Shown here: one piece after another, positions 48,261 through 61,999 of the stretch
Layout of the letters: each line of letters begins with the position of its first letter
How positions within the stretch are numbered: the stretch's first letter is position 1
DNA from: Malacoraja senta
Lineage: Eukaryota
Assembly (NCBI GenBank): GCA_038087875.1
Contig: CM075989.1
Span: 11,346,001-11,410,000, forward strand
Direction: 5' to 3'
DNA length: 64,000 nt
The notes under the pieces: model-generated
Databases searched by the model: none
Told to the model about the DNA's origin: nothing
What the model saw: only the letters and a program-made list of their open reading frames with translations
Position numbers and translations under genes: made by a program

Positions 48261-51200
48261 TAGTGATTAATTGACTCAGATGGACACATGAGCAGCCATG
48301 GAATAGAGGGATACGGACTATGTGCAGACAGATGAGATTAATTTAATTTGGCATAATGGTCGGTACAGACATGTTGGGCTGCAAGGCCTGTTAATGTGCT
48401 ATCATAATCTATGTTCTATTTCTATGAAACACTGAAGGTCACTCTCACACACTCAAGAGTCTCAAACCTCCTGTTATTCCAACTGCACTCAGGTACTAGA
48501 AGCAGAGTCCAGACCACGCTGTGAAATTAGCCTGCTGCTGAACTTGCAGCAGATTCGTTTTGGTGGAGGCTCAGAAACTGCTTCATCCCACTGGGGAGAA
48601 TGGCTCCGAGGGAGCGAGGGAAGCTTCGGGTAACTTACATTGTTTTAATGTATGTAATCAGTAAATTCAATGCATTTAAATATTTTAAAGTAGCTTTTGG
48701 TGTTTCAAAGAATTATATTACTAGTTTTCTTAATAGTATGACTATTTTTCTTTTGTTTTAAATGTTTGTGAATGTTAAGATTTTTAATATTTCGACATCT
48801 GCTAAGACTTGGGCATGGCTGAGCTGGATGTGGGAAGTCTGCTGGCAGCACCAGGACCAGCAGATTGGCAGCATGGACCAGTTGGGCCGAAGGGCCTATT
48901 TTCATGCTGTATAACTCTATGACTTTATTGGGAGCAGATTTTGGTACTGAGCTGCCACAGGATACCACCAGAGATAGGGTTGTGGCAAGCAAGTGGCTTG
49001 CTGCTCACCAATGTGCACACAATGTAATGGCTAGTGGGTGATTGTGACCATGACTTCGTACTGTGTACTGTGGGTATTGAGCCATCAGAAAAGGTACAAG
49101 GATTTACCAGCATGTGAACTGAGAAGTTATGACTATCGGTAATTTATGCACAACCTGGCCTTTTCCCTCTGAAAGAAGAATATCTGGGAGTGACTGGATA
49201 AACATATTTAATGATATGAAGGATATCAACAGATAAGCTACATACACTCCAGGACCGGAGGTCATAGATCTGAGAATCACTGCTAAATTCAATGGGGAAT
49301 TGAGGGAAAAACGTGGGTAAGGTGAAGAAATTGGGTAAGGTGAAGAAATAAGACAAATAGCAGAGATCCCTTAGGGGTGGAGCTGGATAAATAGATGAGG
49401 AATAGAAGGATGCAAGATAAAGATGAATGGGTTTATCTTGAAGGCAAAGGAACAGAAAATGTATAGTTGTAAACAAACGTTCTTCAGACAGTGAGAGGGG
49501 GGAGTTTATAACGATAAAACCATATGGTGTGGGAAAGCAATTATGAAGCAATTGTGGAGAGAAACAAAATTAGTATCTCGGATTGATAACATCTCCTCAG
49601 AATATTAATGCAAATTCATCAGAATTCTACCAAGGCTTAAATAATTAAGTTGTGAGAATAAGTATATAAACCTTGCTGATAAACCACTGAGCTCCCACTC
49701 ACAGAAATAATCTAAAGATAATGTGAATGAAAAGGGTCATGTCTTACAGGTGACAAAGGTGATTGATGATTTGTCACATTTGACATGTAATTCGATGAGT
49801 TGGGAGGATAGTTAAGTCACTGGTAATTAAAATGTTCCAACAATTTTGTGCCAATAGAAAACAAATGAATACATTTACACCTATTAAATTCTCCCAACCT
49901 GCACAGGAGATCGTGATGTGATGGAAAAGACTGACTCAAAGGGATAGACTAAACTGTCCTAGAACTGCTTCCAATTGAAATGAGCCATTGATACACAACT
50001 TGCGCTCAAGTTCTATCGGACAGCATGAAAGGATTCCTGCTCCTGATTATTACTGGGAGATGGCTCTCTATAATTTGAGAATTTATGGAGTCCGATTTGA
50101 TTTTATACACCACCCACTCATGGGCAAGAGTCCTACAGATTGAGAGCCATTGCCGACACTATGTTTGTGTGGGAACAAATAAACATTATGTCAGAGTATT
50201 TGATATGGAGTGTGCATAATCCAGCGCATTCATGGATCCATTCAGCCCATTGGATCCATGCCTGCTGACAGAGGGCAATTCTATTAGTCCTTCTTCTTAC
50301 CCTGTACCCTACTTATTCTTTCCATATTCTATTAATTCCCCTTAAATTAAAAAAAAAATATATGTACATTAAGGTCTAATTTACCGTAGCCAATTAACAA
50401 TCAGCATGTCTTTGGGATGCGGGAAGAAAGCAGAGAAGTTGAAGAAAACCCATTGAGTAACAGGGAGAATGTGCAACCTCCACATAGACAACACCTGGGT
50501 TTCTGGAGCAGGTTACCTTAACTGACACCTGTTTGAAGAATCAACAGGCATAACTGTCTCTGTGCAACAACTGCAAGATAAATCAAGGAGGAGCATCAAC
50601 CACTGTACTTGGCCATTTTTGACCTCACTAAACTTTTTCTGTTAATTGAGAGATTAATACATTTAATGATTGGGCCTCCCTTGTGGTACAGAATTCCAGA
50701 TTCTTCTTTCTTGGGATGGAAATAATCCCCATTTTCAATCCTAAATTACCTACCCAGTATCCTTGGGATGCAGCTGTTGATGGGTCTCACATAGGCTCAT
50801 CAGTCACCTCACAATCCATTGTATGGAGTGTTGCAAGTTATCTTCAATCCCAAGGTTGATAATGGTTCATTTTATTCCACTAGATAGGCCTGAAAGGAAA
50901 CAGGTAACCAAAAACATACAACCACCAGGATCCCAACAGCACATTGAAATTACTTTATTACCCAAGTACATGTCTTTGTATGGCTCATTCAAGTCTCCTG
51001 AATTCCATCTTCATTGGGATTAAACTAAAATATGTGTGTGTCTCTTGTATCATCAACATCCTCAGGACACCTCAAATCAATTTACAGCCAATCAAGTACT
51101 TTTAAGGCAGTCAAATTTAAGCAGGTAATTTAGAAAATACAGCAGCCAATTTGTGCACTGAAACTGCTTTCAGTGAGGAATGAGAATGACCAGTTAACAA

Positions 51201-51519
51201 TGCTGACTACTGGCCAGCAGGTTGGATGAAACCCCTCTGTTCTTCTTCTTCAATATAGTGCATTGAAACGTTTAACATCCTTTCGAGACAGCAGACAGAC
51301 TTAACATCTCATCCAAAAGAAGGCACCTCCAGTGTAGCACTTTGTCAGAACCACAAAATTCTGTATTGATACCTGAACACACAACATAACGGTTCATAGT
51401 AGTGTTACCCATTGAAACGTAGCGCTTTAAATCTCGAGGGAGTGAAGCCTTAAAGAAAGGTAACAATAAAAATAAAATGAAAAACACAATGCAAGAAGCA
51501 AAAACATTTCATTAAAAAA

Positions 51520-51525
51520 TTTATT
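51520..51525 (-). terminator. Candidate distal polyadenylation signal of CTDSPL2
   Basis: AATAAA on the minus strand followed about 15-45 nt later by a U/GU-rich tract (TGTTTTTGCTTCTTGCATTGTGTTTTT). Confidence 0.45.
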
Positions 51526-54198
51526 GATTGTATATACTTTTCAATAGTAACAAAAGCAAACATTGCTCATCATGAGCATTGTTTGATTACTCCAATGTGA
51601 GATAATTGTTCAGAAAGCTATGAGTTTTGCCTATGGTCATTCAACCTTGATTGGTACGTTGCAGTCCACATCAATGGAGTTGATTGATCTTTTCTTATTC
51701 CAGATTTTATATTCACATTTTCCCAAGTTACTACCAAAAAAAACTAGCACAAAGTCAATGATGCTAATTTCAGACTATAGCAGTCTGACATTTATAGCCA
51801 ATTTTACAGGTGTGTAAAGTGAAAGGAATGTAAACTTGGTCAAATATGACTTTGGAGAAATGTAGAACATTTTAAGATTCCAAAATGGAGACAGTGGCAT
51901 TAGAATTAACCAATATATAATTAGAGAAACAATCCTTTCACAAGTTCCGGAGTGTCAAATAAAGGCAGTGCAATCTAAACGATGGGCTTCATTTACAGGT
52001 TTACTTTAGACCTATATTAATATAACGGTGTTGACCCTTCATGCGTTACAACCCCACATTATCTTGCCTAAGTTACATGTGAGCCTGCAGGCTATCTCCA
52101 TTGCCAGCTATCCTGGCAGTCCTGCTCTTTGACATCACAGAGACACCAGATGTTATTACAGCGTGTCATTTATTGCAATGTACATAATCTTCACTATCAA
52201 TTTTTCAAATAAAGATACCCGCATACCTTCTCACTCCCATCCACCACCTAGACCCTGATCTCCTCTATGCTGATGAAACAATTCCTCATCTCTATGGGGT
52301 ACCTTCTCCTAATCAAATATTGGGAGAACTTTGAATAGAGAACATTAAGAGGAGACTTGAGATAATGATGGTTCCAAACAGTATAAATAGCGAGAAGCTG
52401 TTCCCATTAGAAGGTAAGGATTACTGGGAAAATGCTCGGGAAGTATCTTTTTAAAAGATCAAGTGAGCTTCTGGGTTGGAACTCACTGCCTGTATTGATT
52501 GTTAAAAACAGGTTTTTGAGAGGGAAGTGGAAGCACTTGACGGAACGCTGTTCGCAGGCCTGCAGGATAAGAAAAGGTGAATAGCTCTGTGCAGCATGGA
52601 CCTGAGGGCAGAATGGCCTCCTCCTATCCCCTCACAAATATGTGAGTTGAGATTTTCTGCCTAATGTTCACCCCGGTACATTTACAGCTTGCCGGTTTCT
52701 TAACTGTTTGGAGGGGGGGCAGGAGGGGAAGGCACCTACCATTCAATACCTTTGAAGAGCGTCTGTGAAGCTGTGGTGATAGGCCGCAGCCCAGGGTTCA
52801 AGAACTCATTCTGCTAATGTTATAACAATCACAAAAGACTGAACAGCTTGGGGTAATTTTCTCATGGAAACGAAGGCTGAAGGATGGTCTGGCCTTCAGG
52901 TCACAAAATGCTTCGAAAAAACGTATTCAGACGTTTCCACACTTAAATCATATATTCATATTCATATATATTCAAATCAAGCTCTCAGAAATAGAAACTA
53001 AGAAATGAATTCAGGTCATACTTATTTGCCGAGACTGTGGTGGGAATGTGGAAACCTATCCCCCAGGGAGTGGTTGCGGTAATGGCAGTTTAAGGGGGAA
53101 CCGAGTAGAAAGGAACATTGATAGGCTCTGATGAAGTGGGTTGGGAGAATATTAGCATGATGAGTTTGCCAGCAGAGCCAGTTTCAAAACTGCACATTCT
53201 CTGTAATTCAAACAGAACATTTTTTCAATGTTCAGGGACTCCACCTGGCTTGTATGATTACCATGTCAGGTAATATGCTGGCAGAGGATCAATATTCAGA
53301 GACAGGAGAAGATCCAGTGTGAAAATGATAGACAGGGTGCTTTCATGTGCAGCCTGCATGATTCATTTCATGACAAATGTAAACCAGCAAGTTGAAGTCT
53401 GATTTCAGCAGGATCCAAGTACAATCCAAACACTTGCATGAACACAGAGAAGACCTGATACCTCTGCCAGGTGGTCATTAAACAGAGCAGAGTATCAAAT
53501 GGTTGAACACTGACAGTAGTGGAATTAATCACAGCTCTAAAAAAAATCCAGATGCATCCAATTCCAGTTCGAGTTGGTGGCTGGTGGGGAGTAGAGACGG
53601 AGTGCACTGTGGCACTGCTAGCAGCAGCAAAAGCCGGGGTTTCATCCTGACCTCAGGTGCTGCCTGTGTGGAATTTATGTTCTCCCTGTGCTATGTAAGT
53701 TTTTCTGGGTGTTCTAGTTTCCTCTCATATCCTAAGGACTTGCAAGTTGGTAGGTTAGTTGACCACTGTAAATTTCCCACAGTGAGTAGGTAGAATATGA
53801 TGGGAACTGATAGGAATGCGGGGAGAATAAAAATGGGATGAATGTAGGGTCAGTGTAAATGGATGGTTGAAGGGCAGCATGGATGGTGGGATGAAGGATC
53901 TGTTTCCATATTGTTTCTCTCTACGACTCTACTTTGACCATTTCATCAACTGATGAGGGAGGGTAAAATTGAAGCATTGTAATGACTTCTACCACCACAG
54001 CCATGATCAGCTAAATTGACAGTGAACAAGATCACACTATGGGATGTGCTATCTGATTTAGCTGCATACTAAATAAAGTTGGCGCTACAACTGGAACACA
54101 GATACACTAGAACAAGTAGCTGCCAGTAAGTACCTCGAGTTTTTGTTCCTGTTTGAAGAGATCATGGACCATCAATGACAAAACTCCATAAACCCACA

Positions 54199-54267
54199 TT
54201 TGGACGCTGTGCCCTTTTACCTTTGGACGCTGTGCCCTTTTACCTTTGGACGCTGTGCCCTTTTACC
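54199..54267. repeat. Perfect 23-bp tandem repeat, 3 copies (TTTGGACGCTGTGCCCTTTTACC)
   Basis: Direct inspection. No spacers. Confidence 0.95.
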
Positions 54268-54894
54268 TTAGCCTCAATTTATGAATTAATAAATGAAGAA
54301 AAGCAACTGCCATTTTTTAATTTATAGAAATATTTCCTAACTTCAACCCTGAGAAGCCTGGGCCTATTTTGTTAGACGTCTCACAAGTCCTAGTTTCCTA
54401 CCAGTTACCCTTAACATCCTAAAAAACTTTGTTCAAATAACCCTAACCTTCTGAATTCTCGGGCATGCAAAGATTGAGAGAGAGAATTGAAGAAGTTGCC
54501 CATACAACAATATTATCTATATCTTTGAGAATTGCTTCTACTGAAAACAGAACTTCTTAAAAAAGTGAGAAGTACAGGAGGCAAATTCTCTGTTCTCTCC
54601 TGATGAAAATAATGTATTTATCTTGTGTTGACTCTTTGCATTAACCCAAATATAAATATCATTATAATCTTCCTGCTTTTGATGAATTAAGGCATCAAGT
54701 GCAAAACACAAAGTTGGAGCATTTTGTTTTTGTTACAGAAAAGCTGAGGCAGTGATCGCTAATCTTTTGAAAGAAAATCAGATTATTTTGACAGAGGAAG
54801 GTACAGGCTGATGACGAGAGAGCCCAAGTAGAGGGATTAGGTTTGGATTACTTGACGCAGAATTTGCAAAATTTCAAAATGTTTGTAACATTTG

Positions 54895-57099
54895 TAAAAG
54901 TAATGTACTGTACATTTTTTATTTCAATAAAGACAAAATGACAAACAGCATAAAGAAAGATGCCCAGATGCCCTACGGTATTTAAATACATCTCAAAGGT
55001 TATCATTAAAGTGAATCTGTAGTAAATAGATTCCTGCAAGCAAAATACCTTTCTTTAAATACAAAATCAGTATTTCTCTGAAATGCAAACGCTTTTCAAA
55101 TTATTTTCTGCAGAAAAACCTGCCATGATTAAAATATTTAATGGATAAAAGGGTTTTTCTTCCTCCCCACAAAAAACAGGCTTATTTCTACATGCTAGAT
55201 TTTAACATTTCAGTGTCACAATGTGCTAACTACATACACAATAGATAATAGTAAGAAAAACGCTCAACCTGATGAAAAGTTAAAATCTTCATTAATACAC
55301 TGAAAAAGTAGACATAACTCATGCCTTTCATAAAATCAAAAATACAAAAATTAAACCGCTTTCTTTAAAAAGATTTCTCCTTACTTTAAGGATTTTTTTT
55401 AAATGAAGCTGCATGTAGTTTTGTACAAGAAAGTTTTGTACAAGTAAATTGGTAATATACATAAAAAAATTTAACTGCCATCCTCATTCATGTGCTGCTC
55501 ACCTTTGCTACCACACACCTCGTCCTGAACAATCTTCTACAGTTCTAAGGAAATGCACCTAGCTCCTCTCCATAATAAAAAGTGCTGCTTTTTCCAGTTT
55601 CCTTAGAAAATGAGTCCATGGCGATGCCTGTGGCTTATCAATGCAGTCTAGAGGCAATTCATGCAATGCTCCTTCGAGTAAACAATACCGTGGAAAAAGT
55701 AAGCCAGGGGAAGGATTGGGAGAGAGGAGACAATTTTTTTTTTTTTTAAACGGGAATAACAATCTAGTTTACTTTTGGGAAGAATGGCAACAAGAGGGAA
55801 AGAAACGGGAGAGAGCAGTCAGAACACAGTCTCTGTTTGGCTCACACTGTCATTTTCCTGCCACCACTGATCATGCTTCCACCACATTTACCCAAATGAT
55901 GGCAGGTGAAGTATTGTGACAGTGGATATAAAAAGCTGATCAGATATTGAGTCCTGCACCTGTTAGATTTGATCACCTGCAATAATTTCCACCCTACTTC
56001 TTACCAGTCCATTTCCCATTCTTCCCTCTGCCTCGTCCAGGCGAAGACTGTATAATTTATGAATTTAAAATTAAGTTTGTAAAGTTAGAATATCTGTATC
56101 ATGTCTCCCCCTTTGTACTCTCACCCTTTCTCTTAACAGATCACAGCTACTGTGGGTGAAAATTAATTAATATAAATAAACTTGTATGTTACGAAAGTGA
56201 TTTATTTTGACTAACCTATAGATTTATCATTTTATTTTAACAAATATACATTACTTCACAGCCTGTCAAAGCAGGAAGGTGGTGATTCAAATTAGATATG
56301 ATTCTTTCTTGTTTGGAAATTGGAGGTGATCATGGAGGCGGGAGGCATTCTACATTACATTATAGTTAAAAGGAATGCTTTTATAATTGGATATTATTTC
56401 ATATACTAGGAAAACATAAAAGCCTAAAACCTGAACCATAATTTTTTTGTATCTTTTATAATATACTGGCCATTCCTGTTGAAATGAGACCTGCATTTTA
56501 AAAAGTGGGTAAAGTCCACTTTATAAAGCACCACCCAGAGGAAATATAGAGTCAGCATTCTCCTCCTATGTAAACCTGTGATAATACAAGTTAAGCAAAA
56601 TGCTGGTGGCAAAAACAGAAGTACATTTAACAGAAGTACTAACGGTGTTAGTTTTGTGTCACAAAGGAAAGTGCCAACTATTGATAGCTGATATAGTCAA
56701 AGTCTCATCAACATGTATTGCAACAGACCACAGCATTTCACACTTGTTACCAGCAAACTGTCTTTAGAAGCACATTAAACAGGACAACAGAATATCTATT
56801 GCGTGCTGTACATGTGCTATCGGGATCTGCACGTTCAGATTTTTTGACTGCATATACCGTTTCTTATTTTGTTTTGTTTTTAAACCCTGCAATATCCTTT
56901 CCTGTTCCAAACCATCTTAAATCTTTGAGACTGAGTTCACTCTCTGCAACCCCTTGGTTAATTGTGGGTGTCCAAGACAAGAAAAGCAAGACGAGGTACA
57001 AAAATGCAAATTTCAACAGTAATGGCAATGTCTTGTAGTCCAAAGGGTCCTGCTTTTGATTTCTCCGCCCCTTTCCGAGATGGTGTTGGCCACATGTTC
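54895..57099 (-). other. CTDSPL2: CTDSPL2 3' UTR (proximal form)
   Basis: AU-rich stretch with no recognisable transposons following the stop codon. AATAAA on the minus strand at 54918-54923. Confidence 0.6.
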
Positions 57100-57165
57100 T
57101 TAATCCGGAGGGAGCAAATCATGCAAACGAAATTTCTCTCTGATGTGGGGTCGAACATCTTCATT
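57100..57165 (-). CDS. CTDSPL2: CTDSPL2 last coding exon, [21 protein letters not shown]
   Basis: CTCTCTCAG| acceptor and TAA stop at 57100-57102. Matches the recalled human terminus [21 protein letters not shown]. Confidence 0.93.
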   Translation of the reverse strand, partial: NEDVRPHIREKFRLHDLLPPD

Positions 57166-57506
57166 CTGAGAGAGAAGTATATTAGAAGAGTGAGCTCAAT
57201 TTAAATTTGGTTCTGATGGTTCATTAGCACCCAGTGAAATCTCCAGTGGTGTTACCACAGTGTGTGTCGGGAAGCAGTTTGTGCAATTTTCATCAAAGTG
57301 CGTTCAAGCTGTTTTTAGCACAGATATGAATATCTATAGAAGCACTATCCATTGATCAAACTGTGCAGCAAAGGGCATGACTCTGTGATGTTCCAATAAG
57401 CACATCTGGTATAATAAGTAAATTTAACATCTTATTTCAATATATAAAACTTGCCAAATGCCTGGACTTAAATACAGTTAAGAGTAATTATTTTTCTCTG
57501 CCTAAT

Positions 57507-58703
57507 ATAGAAACATAGAAAATGGGTGCAGGAGTAGGCCATTCAATATGATCATGGCTGATCATCTAAAATCAGTACCCCGTTCCTGCTTTTACCCCAT
57601 ATCCCTTGATTCCTTTAACCCTAAGAGCTAAACCTAACTCTTACTTGCAAACATCCAGTGAATTGGCCTCCACTGCCTTCTGTGGCAGAGAATTCCACAG
57701 ATTCACAACACTCTGGGTGAAAAAGTTTTTCCTCATCTCAGTCCGAAATGGCATACCCCTTATTCTTAAACTGTGACCCCTGGTTCTGGACTCCCCCAAC
57801 ATCGGGAACATTGTTCCTGCATCTAGCCTGTCCAATCCTTTAAGAATTTTATATGTTTCTATAAGATCCCCTCTCATCCAGTGAATACAAGCCCAGTCAA
57901 CCCATTTTTTCATCGTATGTCAGTCCCGCCAACCCGGGAATTAACCTGGTGAACCTACGCTGCACTCCCTCAATAGCAAATATGTCCTTCCTCAAATTAT
58001 GAGACCAAAATTGCACACAATACTCCAGGTGCGGTCTCACCAGGGCCTTGTACAACTGGGGTAGGACCTCCTTGCTCCTACACTCAAACCCTCTTGCAAT
58101 GAAGGCCAACATACCATTAGCTTTCTTCACTGCCTGCTGTACCAGCATGCTTACTTTCAGTGACAAATGTACAGGCACACGCAGGTCTTGTTGCACCTCC
58201 CCTTGTCCTAATCTGACACCATTCAGATAATAATCTGCCTTCCTGTTCTTGCCACCAAAGTGGATAACCTCACATTTATCCACATTATACTGCATCTGCC
58301 ATGCATCTGCCCACTCACCCAACCTATCCCTCACCATGTAGCCTCATATCATCATCCTCGCAGCTCACACTGCCACCTAGCTTTGTGTCGTCAGCAAACT
58401 TGGAGATGCTACATTTAATTTCCTATATATATATAGTAAATTACTGAGGTCCCAGCACTGAGCCTTGAGGTACCTCACTAGTCACTGCCTGCCATTCTGA
58501 AAAGGACCCGTTAATTCCTACTCTTTGCTTCCTGTCTGCCAACCAGTTCTCTATCTATGTCAGTACCCTACCATGTGCTCTAATTTTGCACACTAAGCTC
58601 TTGTGTGGGACCTTGTCAAAGGTTTTTTGAAAGTTCAGATACACCACATCCAATGGTTCTCCCTTACCCATTCTCCTTGTTACATCCTCAAAAAACTCCA
58701 GAT
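57507..58703 (-). mobile_element. CR1 LINE 3' fragment
   Basis: WADAWQMQYNVDKCEVIHFG...YKALVRPHLEYCVQFWS and RGDLIETYKI motifs. Short-repeat tail at 57507. Confidence 0.93.
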
Positions 58704-58962
58704 ATATTCTTTGCCTGCCTGAAAGCTACATTAATTCCAGAGCTGCCCTCATATATCCCAACATGCAATTTCTCCCAGGGGTCACCGGATATAAATTATG
58801 AATGGTGATAATGGAAATGTCCTTGTCATTATAAGCACTCAATTACCAGCCACCTTAGATCAGTTAGTTAGAAAAATCAGGCAATAAATGGGGAACCTTC
58901 CCACAAGAACCTGGAGGAACTACTCTTTAATACACTATTTAATAAAAGCCATCATAACTTAC

Positions 58963-59058
58963 CAGCTCTACTAGTTTCTCTAGAAACGGAATCAGTTTCA
59001 AAAGCTCCATGTCATTCTTATCCATGAACCAGCTTTCAATTGGAATTCCATTGGATAG
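58963..59058 (-). CDS. CTDSPL2: CTD small phosphatase-like 2 (SCP4), penultimate coding exon [32 protein letters not shown]
   Basis: 96 nt, phase 0-0, TTTTCTATCAG| and |GTAAGT boundaries. Near-identical to the recalled human CTDSPL2 C-terminal region. Confidence 0.93.
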
Positions 59059-59418
59059 CTGATAGAAAAGGATTAAAGGTATATTTTACAATGGCTTATA
59101 AACAAAGCTACAGCAAAAGCTGCTGGATCATACTTTCCTATGTTCTCACCAATTAAACTTCAAATTGGGGAAGTCAGGGAGTATATCCATGCACATATAT
59201 ACAAGCACAACATTAAATACCAAAATCCAGTAAATACTTAAGTGACATTAGTTTAAGGATACTCTATTCAATTTTCCTCCATGTAACATCTTTCCTAAAT
59301 TAGGAAGACCGCCCGACATAACACTAAGAGCAAATACAAATGGCCCAGTTTCTTTTTCTCGCAGATACTGATTACACAAAATATCGGGAAAAAATTAGGC
59401 CTTTGGCCAAAATGGTCA

Positions 59419-59920
59419 TTAGAGTCATAGAGTGATACAACGAGGAAACAGGCCCTTCGGCCCAACTTGCCCACACTGGCCAACATGTCCCAGCTACACG
59501 AGCCCCACCTGTCAGCATTTGGTCCATATCCCTCCAAACCTGTCCTATTCTTGTACCTGTCTAACTGCTTCTTAAATGTTTGGCTAATCCCAGCCTCAAC
59601 TACCTCCTCTGGCAGTTTGTTCCATATCCCCACCACCCTTTGTGTGAAAAAGTTACCCTCAGATTCCTATTAAATCTCTTCCCCTTCACCTTAAACCTAT
59701 GTCCTCTGGTCCTCGATTCACCTACTCTGGGCAAGAGACACTGTGCATCTACGTGATCTATTCTTCTCATGATCTTATATACCTCTATAAGATCACCCCT
59801 CATCCTCTTACACTCCAAGGAATAGAGTCTCAGCCTACTCAACCTCTGCCCATAGCTCAGACCCTCAAGTCCTGGCAACATCCTTGTAAATCTTCTCTAT
59901 ACCCTTTCCAGCTTGACAAC
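59419..59920 (-). mobile_element. CR1 LINE 3' fragment
   Basis: MLPGLEGLSY...RGDLIEVYKIM...TRGH motifs and a 3' UTR. Confidence 0.88.
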
Positions 59921-59989
59921 ATGTCAAGTCAATGTTATATTCCACCGGGCTTCCTCATAATTCACTTTATCTAAACCCTTGAGAACATC

Positions 59990-60930
59990 CTCCATTGTTA
60001 CTGTTTCTTCAATCACAGACCTCATTTCTCCTGGAGATCTTTCTTCCCTGTACAGTCTTCAACATCATAGTCCCAACCACGCATAGCCCAATTCTATTTC
60101 TTCTTCAAGATCAACAAGCAGGATGATCCTGGTAGACTCATTGATTTAGCCTGTTTAGTCCTACAGAACTTATTCCTTTCAGTAATTTAGAACTTATTCC
60201 TTTTACTTATTCCTTTCAATTCTTTCTCCTTATGTCCAGTCATTTTTGATTTATTTCAATATCACCTCAGATACCATCTACTTTGGCTTTCAGTTTTCAG
60301 GTCTCCAATGACTTATTTTCACCAGATATCAATTTTCTCTATCCCACTTCAAGGTCCTTTGCTTTTTCTACAAACACAGCGAGTCCCAAAGTGGCTGAAC
60401 TTGTTCTCACATTGAACAACTTTTCCTTTAACACCACTTACTTCTGAGAACCTGCATGGTTTTGAGCTATATCTATCTCTTTTTGTGGGATTTGTGGACC
60501 AGTCCTTAATTTATCCCTTTTCAATCTCTCTCGCTTTCTCCAGCACACTGATGACTGTATATGTAGCTTTAGGCTCTCAATCAGAACACCAGTTTCATCA
60601 TCTTTGTTGCAATTTTCACCTTATCATTTTCATATGATCCACATACATTACTTTTTTGTTCTAGTTCCTGATTTTTCTATCATCATCTCAGAAAATGGGT
60701 TCTCAGAGCAATCAATATCAATTGCATGCCCAGACTCCTATCTTCGCTAAATCTCCTCACATTCTGCTTCTCTTAAGGACTCCGTTCAATTCTCCCAATT
60801 TCTCAAGATCCATATCTATTCTGAAGGCGACATCTTCTATATATGTACTTTGCAGGTATCATCCCTTTTCCCTAACTGTTCCTTCCTCGGTGTCATAGGT
60901 GACAGAGCGTTCAATTACAACTGATATATT
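59990..60930 (+). mobile_element. Degraded Penelope-like RT fragment
   Basis: Relic motifs resembling IHK..PGRPI and AELVLTLNNFSF, with many disruptions. Confidence 0.55.
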
Positions 60931-61999
60931 TTCTGCAATTCTCATAAATTCATAAATCCTAGGAGCGGAATTAGACCATTCGGCCTATTGAGTTTGCTCC
61001 GCCCTTCAATCATGGCCGATCTATCTTTCCCTCTCAACCCCATTCTCATGCCTTCTCCCCATAACCTTTGACACCCTTATATAAATAACAAGAATCCCAA
61101 GGCACAAAATTACTTGGGATTCTGTTTAATATTCCCTGCTTGAGTTCTCTCCTGTTTTCTTTATAATCCTCAATGGCTCTGCCTGATTTCTTAAAACTTA
61201 CAGATGCTTCCTTTTTTTGGACCAAATTTACAACCCCTCTCAACAACAAAGGTTCCATTACCTTGCCATATTTGTCCCTCCTCCTTAATGAAAAATGTTG
61301 CTCTGATAAGCTGCCCATTAAACAACTCCCACATGTCAGGTGTGAATTTACCCAATAACTGCTGCTCCCAATTTACTCTCCCAAGCTCCTGTTTTATAAT
61401 GTTATAATTTACCCTGTCTCAATTTAGTGCTTTCCCTCAGGTTCCAGATGTTTCCTCATTATTATCCCACACCAGTCACTTGATCAGGCTCATTTCCCAA
61501 TATGAGGTCCAATATGATCCCTCGTCTAGTTGAATGATCCAAATACTGTTTCCGGAAACCTTCTTGGATATTCCTCTCACATTCTGCCCCATCTAGGTCT
61601 CTTGCGCTAAGGAAATACTAGTCAAAGTTGAGGAAGTTAAAAAAAGATTAGCCATACAGACACCCCTGCTGTTTATACATGTTTCTACATATCCATTCCT
61701 CTATCTCCCTCTGAATAGATTTTATGAAACGCCATCAATATACATTAATTGCCATTTTCTCACTCCATAGACATTGCCCAACTTGCTGAATAGGTGCAGC
61801 CTGCTCAGCTTTGTTTCAAATTTTCAGCATTTGCAAAGGTTTGTACCTTACAGATCCAATGTTTTGTATTGTTCTGTTTTCATTTGTCTTCTATTTACAG
61901 ACCTTCCAGACAGATCAGCTGTAAAGTACAGGCTTCCAACACTCTCTCAAGCAACACCACCGCCACTTGATTTTCTTCTTCTGCTTCTGCTCCATTGAT

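Noticed and set aside
54199-54267. CRISPR-like array
   Set aside because: The repeats are contiguous with no spacers, the context is vertebrate and there are no cas genes.
56958-57204. ORFs 56958..57164 (-) and 56962..57204 (+)
   Set aside because: Wrong-frame or antisense shadows of the CTDSPL2 last exon, whose real frame ends at 57100.
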